Assembly (NCBI GenBank): GCA_040754655.1 | Contig: JBFMCE010000058.1 | Span: forward strand, 1 to 24,484 | DNA length: 24,484 bases | Direction of reading: 5' to 3' | From: Bdellovibrionota bacterium | GTDB lineage: Bacteria > Bdellovibrionota > UBA1018 > UBA923 | In this document: one piece after another, positions 1 through 8,100 of the stretch | How the letters are laid out: each line of letters begins with the position of its first letter | Numbering within the stretch: the stretch's first letter is position 1 | Made by a program: the position numbers and the translations under genes | Notes under the pieces: generated by a model | Database searches by the model: none | Seen by the model: only the letters and a program-made list of their open reading frames with translations | What the model was told of the DNA's origin: nothing

Positions 1-1
1 G

Positions 2-412
2 GGAAAAACAGGAGACATCGTTCGAGTCTCTGACGGCTATGCGCGCAACTATTTGTTGCCGAGAAATCTTGTGATCGTTGCAGATGAGCAAAACGTCAAG
101 GCGATTGATCACCATCAGAAATCTCTGGCTCGCAAACGTGAGAAAGAGAAAAAAGACTTTCAGGAAGTGGCCAAGAAGCTTGAGCAGTTTTCTTGTACCA
201 TCGCGCGTAAAGTCGGTGAAAACGAGAAGCTATTCGGTTCCGTGAGCAACGGCGATATCGCGGATGCCTTGGTAAAAGGCGGTTTTTCTGTAGAACGCCG
301 CCAAATCCAGTTGCCTGAGCCCATCAAGCAGTTGGGCGTCTATACCGTGCCTGTAAGGTTGTCGACTGATGTGAGCGCTCAAGTAAAGGTTTGGGTTGTT
401 CAAGAGAGCTGA
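2..412 (+). CDS. rplI: 50S ribosomal protein L9 (5'-truncated by window edge)
   Basis: Frame is open from position 2: GKTGDIVRVSDGYARNYLLPR (L9 N-terminal GYARNYL motif) and KLFGSVS...PIKQLG (L9 C-terminal domain). The position upstream of dnaB is the usual rplI-dnaB order. Confidence 0.97.
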   Translation, partial: GKTGDIVRVSDGYARNYLLPRNLVIVADEQNVKAIDHHQKSLARKREKEKKDFQEVAKKLEQFSCTIARKVGENEKLFGSVSNGDIADALVKGGFSVERRQIQLPEPIKQLGVYTVPVRLSTDVSAQVKVWVVQES

Positions 413-425
413 TAAAAAAACTTCT

Positions 426-477
426 AAAGGCAGAGCTGCTGGTAGATCGAGGGCAGCAGTTCTGCCTTTGTTTTTTT
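426..477 (+). terminator. Rho-independent terminator after rplI
   Basis: Stem AAAGGCAGAGCTGCTG (426-441) pairs with CAGCAGTTCTGCCTTT (454-469) with one G-U pair, 12-nt loop, then GTTTTTTT. Confidence 0.85.
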
Positions 478-566
478 CATATCGTTCAAAAAACGTGGAA
501 ATCCTTTTGGTGCAACCCACGCTCTCAAGTTAAACTAAATCAGTGACGTAGGGGGATCGCGCCGCT

Positions 567-2078
567 GTGACAGACTCTTCAAATCAACCCATTCCATCTC
601 GACATATTCCGCCTCATTCACTTGAGGCGGAGAGATCCGTCTTAGGGGCATTGCTGCTCGATAGCGTTGCTTACAGCAAGGTCTCAGATGTTGGTCTGAG
701 CACCGAGGATTTTTATCGAGAGGCCCATAGTAAGATCTTTGAGGCCATTCAAGATCTGATCAGTCGTGGCGAACCGGTCGACCTGATCACGCTGACCACC
801 TCTCTCAAAAACCGGAATACCTTTGATCATGTCGGTGGGTCTGCTTATTTGACGGGTCTTTTCGAAGACTCTTATAGCAGCGCCCACATCACTCATTATG
901 CCAAGATCGTTAAAGAGAAAGCGATTTTGCGTAGGATGATTTCGACGGTGAATGACCTGTCTGAGCGCGCTTATGGCGGCATTGAAGATATCGAAGAGTT
1001 CTTGGATCTTGCTGAAAAGTCGATTTTCGAGGTCACCGACTCGAAAATCCGCCAGAGTTTTTTTGGGATCAAAGAAATTCTTTTAGAAAATATGCAGGCC
1101 ATCCAAGAGCTGGCCGAAAAGAAAACCAATGTCACGGGGCTGGCGACGGGGTTTCGTGATCTTGATGAAAAGACATCAGGCTTGCATCCGGGCAACCTCG
1201 TGATCATCGCGGGACGTCCGGCGATGGGAAAAACTTCGTTTGTTTTGAATATCGCTGAAAGAGCGGCGATTCGAACGAAGGCCAGCGTTGCGGTATTCTC
1301 GCTCGAAATGGCTAAGGAAGAACTTGGCGTTCGATTTCTAACGGGCCTCGCCAAAGTAGACGCCTCGCGCCTTAAGATCGGCAAACTTTTGGATCGTGAT
1401 TGGAAAGCATTGACCAAAGCAGCGGGAATGCTGGGAGACGCCCGCATCTTTGTCGACGATACGCCGGCGATTACTGTGCTTGAAATGCGTTCGCGCTGTC
1501 GCAGGCTTTCGTCAGAACATGGGCTTGATCTCGTGATCGTCGACTATTTGCAGCTGATGAGAGGCAATTCGAAAGGTGGAAAGGGCGTCGACAGTCGGGA
1601 GCGGGAAATCTCTGAAATTTCGCGCTCATTAAAAGCGCTTGCCAAGGAATTGCGCGTTCCGGTCATTGCGTTGTCGCAGCTCAATCGTAGCGTTGAAAGC
1701 AGACCTGATAAAAGACCCATGCTAAGCGACCTCAGAGAGTCAGGCGCGATCGAGCAAGATGCAGACATCGTTGCCTTTGTGTATCGAGATGAGGTTTACA
1801 ATAAAGAGACTGAAGACAAAGGTGTTGCTGAACTGATTGTGGCGAAACATCGCGCCGGCAGTACAGGAACGATTCGTTTGGCGTGGCAGGCTGAATATAC
1901 CGCGTTCGAAGATCTAGCCTCAGATTTTTACGGGGGAGGAATGGGAGCGGGTTTTCCTGGGCCCATGAATGATATCCCACAACAAGGAGCATCGGCGAAG
2001 ATGTCTTCGCCTGGCAACGATCCGTTTGCTTCGAATCCCATGCCGAAGAAACCTGGGCTGGACTTGCCGGATTTTTAG
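567..2078 (+). CDS. dnaB: Replicative DNA helicase DnaB with a low-complexity C-terminal extension
   Basis: PPHSLEAERSVLG N-terminus, Walker A GRPAMGKT, FSLEM, IVDYLQLM, LSQLNR, SDLRESGAIEQDAD, AKHRAG. GTG start with GGGGG upstream. Confidence 0.98.
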   Translation: MTDSSNQPIPSRHIPPHSLEAERSVLGALLLDSVAYSKVSDVGLSTEDFYREAHSKIFEAIQDLISRGEPVDLITLTTSLKNRNTFDHVGGSAYLTGLFEDSYSSAHITHYAKIVKEKAILRRMISTVNDLSERAYGGIEDIEEFLDLAEKSIFEVTDSKIRQSFFGIKEILLENMQAIQELAEKKTNVTGLATGFRDLDEKTSGLHPGNLVIIAGRPAMGKTSFVLNIAERAAIRTKASVAVFSLEMAKEELGVRFLTGLAKVDASRLKIGKLLDRDWKALTKAAGMLGDARIFVDDTPAITVLEMRSRCRRLSSEHGLDLVIVDYLQLMRGNSKGGKGVDSREREISEISRSLKALAKELRVPVIALSQLNRSVESRPDKRPMLSDLRESGAIEQDADIVAFVYRDEVYNKETEDKGVAELIVAKHRAGSTGTIRLAWQAEYTAFEDLASDFYGGGMGAGFPGPMNDIPQQGASAKMSSPGNDPFASNPMPKKPGLDLPDF

Positions 2079-2093
2079 CCCTACTCGGTCAAA

Positions 2094-2118
2094 TGACGCT
2101 TTTGTTTTGAGGCTTCGT
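2094..2118 (+). repeat. Copy 1 of a 25-bp intergenic motif (TGACGCTTTTGTTTTGAGGCTTCGT)
   Basis: 23/25 identical to 17549-17573; starts 15 nt after the dnaB stop codon. Confidence 0.75.
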
Positions 2119-2208
2119 TGCTCTGCCGAAGTCCCCGCATCTGCGGAAATTTAAGCGGAGCAGATAGATTTCCTACGGAGCAAGGCTTCGCTTGAAACCA
2201 AAGTCGTC
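2095..2208. other. About 114-bp imperfect inverted repeat / structured element between convergent dnaB and phasin-like genes
   Basis: GACGCTTT pairs with AAAGTCGTC (2200-2208, one bulge), GTTTTGA with TTGAAAC, TTGCTCTG (2118-2125) with CGGAGCAA (2176-2183). Further short helices are possible inside (GGAAATT/GATTTCC). Confidence 0.6.
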
Positions 2209-2214
2209 TACTTA

Positions 2215-2233
2215 ACGAATGAGTACTATTCGT
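2215..2233. other. Near-perfect palindrome ACGAAT-G-AGTACT-ATTCGT
   Basis: Self-complementary except for one extra G; lies 11 nt beyond the stop of the minus-strand phasin-like gene. Function unknown. Confidence 0.45.
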
Positions 2234-2244
2234 GAATATGCGTT

Positions 2245-2589
2245 TTAGCTGGTCGTATCTGCTTCGCGTTCAGATTTCGCGCTCTTTTGTTTGCGAGAAA
2301 CTTTTGAGATCTGGCCGCGCAACTCCGATGCGAGTTCTTCCACGCGCTTTTCAAGGTCTCGGACTTCAGTGCGTGTGGCAAGACCTAGCTTATTCAATGT
2401 AGCTATGATTTTTTCATTCGCCACGCGCTGCGCTTCATCTCTGCTCGGCATAGAGATCGTCACATAAGATTTTGCCCGTGCCACGCCCTCTTTTTGGAGG
2501 GTTTCGAGAACCTTGACGGATTCTTTTGCTTGAGAAAGCAGTTTATCGAAAGTTTCTTTTGTTCTTTTGAAATCGATTTTTTGAGCCAT
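2245..2589 (-). CDS. Phasin-like / PHA granule-associated (PhaF/PhaI-type) coiled-coil protein
   Basis: 114 aa, helical; LNKLGLATRTEVRDLEKRVEEL matches the L-g-l-x-t/s-r-x-e-v-x-x-L-x-x-r-v-x-x-L pattern of this family, followed by a basic tail. AGGAG upstream of ATG. Confidence 0.65.
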   Translation of the reverse strand: MAQKIDFKRTKETFDKLLSQAKESVKVLETLQKEGVARAKSYVTISMPSRDEAQRVANEKIIATLNKLGLATRTEVRDLEKRVEELASELRGQISKVSRKQKSAKSEREADTTS

Positions 2590-2627
2590 TTGATTGTTTA
2601 CTCCTAGGTTGTCATCAGCTCTTTACC

Positions 2628-4412
2628 TCACAGAACTAGGTTCCTCAAGATCCGAATTCCTACGGTGATGACGGCGAGAGAGAGTACAGCCGCATAAACT
2701 GAAATGAGACCGTACGAGACAGCAAGAAAGAGATACCAATAAAAGACGCCGATGTGAAAGATCGCCGTTAAAACAATGCAGATTGCGATGAATGACGCCA
2801 GCCCTCCTAAGAAGAGCAGCGCGTTAAGCAGTCGCGAATCGAATTTTCGATTGTTCTTCATGAACATCCACAAGTAAGCCGGGGGCATGAGCATCAGCGT
2901 GCTGAGATAGCTGTTCTTCACGAATGCAAAGAAGGTGATCAAGCCCAAAGTCACTCCAAGCAGGCTATGGCGTATTTGCACGTCGATGGGGTTTGTGAGT
3001 TTGTCTTCAGCGCGGCTTGCAAAAAGCCGCGAGAGTAAGAAATAAACTGTAGCCGCAAAAGTCACGATCAGCAATAAGGCTAGGTATTCTGGTTGATAGA
3101 GGATGCTGCTTTTTTGCGTCGCCGGGAACATTTCATACTTCGTGATGATCTTTAGGTTGGGGAGCAAGCGGAGAAGCGCATATCCAGATAAAAGGCTTGT
3201 CATGATCAAAGCCAAGAACTTCGCTTCATTTCTCATCACCTTGAAGATATGCGTTCGGCTTCGTTTTTTGAGGTCCTGCAATAGAAGTGTGACGTAAGTC
3301 AAAAACGGGAAGAACATCAGGAAGTGGATGGTGCGCGATGCCCACCCTTTTAGGTAATGCGTTTCACTGATTTTGAGATAGTCGGAATCTCTCAATTCGG
3401 GGCTATTGAGTAGCGGGGGCAATGCATCGATGGATCGCATGAGAATCTCGGCCGCTTTGCCATAAGGAATGAACGACTCGAGTCGAAGATGGTCCATGTT
3501 GTCGAGAGGCGTATGGTGTATGGCGCCCATCTGACGGCTGAAGTCTTCGCTCTGCCCGAAATAATTCATCGCCGGGATGCCTGCCATCAAGAATGCGCCG
3601 TGGTCGGCCGGAGGGATCAGGATCGCGCGCTGGATGAATTCAAGTATATTGCGCGTTTCATCGGCTTCAAACGGAACTGCTCGAATGGAATCATAAGCGA
3701 GTTGGCGCAGCCAGAGGGGTGAATATCCGTTCTTAAGCCCATCGCTGAGGACCATGATGCTCTTTTGTTTTTCAGGAGCGACGAAATCGAGCGAAATCGC
3801 AGCGACCACCTGGTTGATATGCGGGAATCTCGCAACAAATTGATGGGCGCCCCAGAAGGCGCCGAATTCTTCGCTATCGGTGAGCAAGAAAACGAGGTTG
3901 CGGCGAGGTGATTTTTCGTTCTTGAAAATCCTAGCCAACTCTAAAACAGTGCCGACCCCGCTTGCGTCGTCGGCGGCTCCTTCGATCGTGGTGTCTGTCG
4001 TGTCGTAATGGGCGAGAACGACGACATATTCATCAGTGACTTGGTTGCCAGGCAGGATAGCATACACGTTCTCGAGGCCTTCAATTTTCCGGCCCGCGAT
4101 GATTTCATCAAAAACGATGCTTGAGGCCTCGTATCCAAGAGACCGAAGATGGGATTTTAGGAACTCGGCCGCCGCTTTTCTCTCAGGCCTCCAGGGCATT
4201 CGGCGAGGATACTGGCGGGAAAGTTTTTCGGTCAATGCATAGGCGTTGCCCGCTTCAAATTTAGGCACGCCCTTCCAAACGTTCAAAGCAGGGATGCGGT
4301 GGATTCCCGCCATGAAAACGAGAACAATGAGCGTCGCCGATGCAAGCACCGACAAGAGAAACGCGCGCCGAGGATCTTGGCGTAGCCTTTGGATGTGAAG
4401 CATGTTCAGCAT
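2628..4412 (-). CDS. M28-family zinc peptidase with N-terminal anchor and multi-pass C-terminal membrane domain
   Basis: AHYDT, GAADDASG, SEEFG, SLDFV, ADHGAF..AGIP and HHTPLD give the M28 metal-ligand/catalytic set; the C-terminal third has many hydrophobic helices. Confidence 0.88.
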   Translation of the reverse strand: MLNMLHIQRLRQDPRRAFLLSVLASATLIVLVFMAGIHRIPALNVWKGVPKFEAGNAYALTEKLSRQYPRRMPWRPERKAAAEFLKSHLRSLGYEASSIVFDEIIAGRKIEGLENVYAILPGNQVTDEYVVVLAHYDTTDTTIEGAADDASGVGTVLELARIFKNEKSPRRNLVFLLTDSEEFGAFWGAHQFVARFPHINQVVAAISLDFVAPEKQKSIMVLSDGLKNGYSPLWLRQLAYDSIRAVPFEADETRNILEFIQRAILIPPADHGAFLMAGIPAMNYFGQSEDFSRQMGAIHHTPLDNMDHLRLESFIPYGKAAEILMRSIDALPPLLNSPELRDSDYLKISETHYLKGWASRTIHFLMFFPFLTYVTLLLQDLKKRSRTHIFKVMRNEAKFLALIMTSLLSGYALLRLLPNLKIITKYEMFPATQKSSILYQPEYLALLLIVTFAATVYFLLSRLFASRAEDKLTNPIDVQIRHSLLGVTLGLITFFAFVKNSYLSTLMLMPPAYLWMFMKNNRKFDSRLLNALLFLGGLASFIAICIVLTAIFHIGVFYWYLFLAVSYGLISVYAAVLSLAVITVGIRILRNLVL

Positions 4413-4532
4413 TGTAAACTTTTCCTACTTCAATGTCATCGTTTCCGGCAATTTCTTCCGACTTCTCGTTGAGATTGGCCATGAAAAACGCGATTTCTGA
4501 TAAACTCTGTATTTATAAGGGAGGACGATGGA

Positions 4533-5114
4533 ATGTCCGCACTTTTCAAAGTTCGATCAATTTCACTCGATCAAAACCAAGCTCGCAATGCTTTTCTGGG
4601 TTATGCGATATTCGCGACGCTGCTTGCTCTGATGAATTCATCTACGGCATGGGCGGCGAAACATTCTGCCAAGAATTGGAATAATTCTTCGGAAAGCGAA
4701 AGCCGTTCTTATAGCAGCAGCGGGCCAAAAGAGATGTTCCTCGATGTTTCCGCCCACTATGTGCGTGACACCAAACCTGAAGGCCTTAGCGGCACAGCGG
4801 GCCGTTTCAGCATTGGCGGAATGTTCAATCCTTGGCTTGGGCTTGACCTTCAAACTCTTTATGAAATCAAATCAAAGAGCTATCTCGTCGGTGCTGACAT
4901 GAGAATTGCCCCGACCGACTGGTTTTTCCTTAAGGGCGGTCTCGGCGGCTATGCCCACAAGGAAACCCGACAATTTCGAATTACTCCTGTCGCAGGAGGA
5001 GGCATACTGGCGCGCCTAAGTCGCGAATATTACTTCGTGACCGAGACGAGTTATTTTCAAGTGAATGGTCGAAGCAATGTGAGCTTTGGCGGCGGTTTCG
5101 GCATCTCGTTTTAA
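4533..5114 (+). CDS. Small outer-membrane beta-barrel protein, function unknown
   Basis: GGGAGG upstream; signal peptide ending TAWA; Ser-rich spacer; alternating Gly/aromatic beta-strands; C-terminal GFGISF ends in Phe like a BAM beta-signal. Confidence 0.75.
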   Translation: MSALFKVRSISLDQNQARNAFLGYAIFATLLALMNSSTAWAAKHSAKNWNNSSESESRSYSSSGPKEMFLDVSAHYVRDTKPEGLSGTAGRFSIGGMFNPWLGLDLQTLYEIKSKSYLVGADMRIAPTDWFFLKGGLGGYAHKETRQFRITPVAGGGILARLSREYYFVTETSYFQVNGRSNVSFGGGFGISF

Positions 5115-5178
5115 GTAATTATGATCTCAAAGCGGACGTCCTTGCGCCTTTAGAAACATGGCAGTAGTGTAATCTGTC

Positions 5179-8100
5179 ATGAGAAGTGGGGGACTGACTA
5201 AACAGCTAGGGCGAGCTGTTCTAGTCGCGGTGGTATCTCTTTGGGGCTGTTCTTCATCTGTTTTTACAGGTGATAAAGGCAGCGAACTTGACCACCTTAA
5301 AAAAGCGCGCGAAAGCCAGATCAACAAAGCATGTTTTGGGATGAACCTTTCGGGTCCTACCTTAGACGTGCGCACTGCCCGTTCCCTCATCCACTGCCTG
5401 AACGCCAACGGGTCGCTTCAAGAATACCAAGAACTTATTGATAGCATGAGCGATGAACAGGTGGGTTCACTCAATGAGGTCGTCAATGAGCTGGTGTTGA
5501 CGAACAACTTGAGATTGAAGCTGATCGACAAGTCTTTTGACCAAATGGATGCTCAAGGACTGCTGGATCGGTCTTTTCAGGAGCTCTCGAAGATTTTTGT
5601 CCGCGGAAAGATGATTCGAAATGGTCTTAAACTGGTTCGGCAAACCGTCAGTGAGACCGGCCCACCAGGTTCGGCCCCGAAAAGAAAACTGGATCCCTCG
5701 GTTCTCGCTTCGATTCGAATTCTCACCCAAGAGATCAGCGGGGGCGAGAACGGGCGTTATACGAGCGCCACATTTCGTAAGAATCTTGCGAGGGCCCTTG
5801 ACCTCAGCATCTCGACCACTTCCTCAAAATCATACGACGCCTTGGTGCGGGGACTTCGCACGGGACTTACGACTTCTCCTTTTACGCTCGAATATTTTTC
5901 GAGGCTTTCTTGGGAATACGTCAAAAACAAGATCGAAGGCGAAAGGCCACTCGCGAAGATTCTGCTGTGGGGAATGGAAGACAACTCCATTCTTGAGGCG
6001 TTCGACCATTACTACACCCGCCAATGCGATAACTTGCCTCCGTCAAAGTGCCCAGCCAACCAATCGGTTCAGCTCGACCTCGACCATCAAGTTCGAGCGA
6101 TGGAATCGTTCATGCGCATACTGACCTTTGATGAAAAAGAGACGATTTTAGATAGCATGGTCGAGTTGTACCGCACGATGGATGCTCCAATCGAATGCAT
6201 GGGGGGGACGAAGAAGATTCCCAACGCTGACCTCTATGTAATGGATGAGTTTTTAAAGCGAGCTCCGCTGGATGTGCCTCAGTGGTCGATACGCACGAAC
6301 ATGCTCAAGATGAAACTCGCCAATAGCATGTGCAAGTTTCCTAACGGAGCGTTCGGGACGAATTTCAACGACTTGGTGAACGTGCTCAAAAAACTGGCGG
6401 TTTACACCGAGAGAGATCCCAGCGGCAATGTGGTCAGTCAGGGAAGACCGCTTGTGACGGTCGCGCATTTTTTGCGTGCCCTTGAGGTCGGTGAAAAGCT
6501 CCCGATGAGCTCGCTCGCAAGAGCGGACCTGGGTCGGTACATGCGTTATTCCGAGGATGAGCGTTATCGCAGGTTTCTAATCGATTGGATCGGTGATCGC
6601 AATCAGCAAGTGAATATCTACACTCACTTGGCGGATACGGTGGGAGAGCTGGCGAGGGCGGAGCGGGCTGCGCTGGGAAATGCGCTTTACCTTCTTAACG
6701 TCGCTGCTCCTGATTCCCAAGACCGGGTGGACTTGCGCAAAGCCATTCGCGTCTTGATGGTTTTGCGGAATGAGCTTAAGGTCGGTTCATCGCAAGTCGT
6801 TCCGGGCAGCCATCCTACCCGCTGGCGAAGTCTTTACGATGTCTTCAGCCAGGCCCTGCTTAAAGTGGAGTTTGCGACCCTCTATGATTTACTGAGCGCG
6901 ACCAGGGATCTTTTGGATTCGCCTGATCACGTGGTGAACCCGCTGCTTCGAGTTTCGCGCGATGCCGTTTTGATCAACGACAAGAATCCTGTGCTCGATA
7001 TCCTCATCGAGATGGGTTTGAACGCCGAAAAGTATGAGCGCTTTTTTTACACGCTTTTTGACGTCGTTGATTCTGATCAATTCGAAGGAGCCATGCGAAA
7101 GACCGCTGAAATGGCTGTGAACGGCGACCTCAAAGTCTTGCTCCAAGGGATTTTGACGATGTTTCGGGGAAATACCCGGGATATCCCTGATGTTCCGACG
7201 GTCGCGACCGTGCTGGCTCCTCCGTCGGTCGATCCTTCGCGCGACCTGAGTACGTTTACCCGAGGGCCCTGGAATCCGCTTCCGCCAAATTGGCCTTTGA
7301 CCGTAGAAGGCGCTCAAGCTTGTGTCGCCATTGATGTCGATATTCCTTTCTCTCAAACGGGTTCCGGCAAATGGAATGATCAGATGGGCAAGATCGCCAG
7401 TTGCGTGAATGCGAATGGGAACAATATTGAAGTAGCCAATCTGCTCAACTACGGTAAGACCATCGAGGTTCGAGAAAAAAAATCGATCCTCGCTTTTTTG
7501 GTGGACCTCGCCGCAGACATTATTCCGGGCGAAAACCTGCTCAGGTTCCGCGTCAGCTCGAATCAACGCACTTTGCACCAGACAATTTACGATGAATTGA
7601 GCGATCTCATGACCGATGACCCGTCGCTCCGCGACATGAAAGAGATGAATTCGACTCTTCCTTTTCTTTTTGGGAAGAAGTACTGCTCGTCAGAAAAGCA
7701 GGAAGATTCATCGAGATGCGCAAGCGGCGCTGAGCATGTTTCGATTTTTCAAAGTCTCTTTAGGGGGTTTTCAAGTTTTGTCGGCGTGGAGCCCCAGCTT
7801 CAAGGCGTGCTCGACCTCGCTAAGAAGGTGGTAGAAGATCCTAAGATGCCCAAGTCAGCGGCCCTGCTCTATGACATCAGTGACGACGTCGATTTGATCG
7901 ACAAACCCATCGTGGCTGATCGCAGGCCGCCGCTAGTGAGTTATCCCCTCAATAATTATCCGCAAAACAACTATCTTGAAGAGAGCATCAAGAAGGCTAT
8001 TCGCAAATACCTCAAGCACGAGCCTTCCGGGCAAGAAATAGCAGCCATCAAGGAAGCTTACTTTCGAGAACCCTTGCAAGGCCAGCTCAAGCGGTACCGC

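Noticed and set aside
567..2078. Intein in DnaB
   Set aside because: Core motifs are contiguous at normal spacing; the extra length is only the C-terminal tail.
6889..7578. 229-aa minus-strand ORF and the many other 60-200 aa antisense/alternate-frame ORFs in the track
   Set aside because: They lie within well-supported genes, have no recognisable motifs and look like shadow ORFs.
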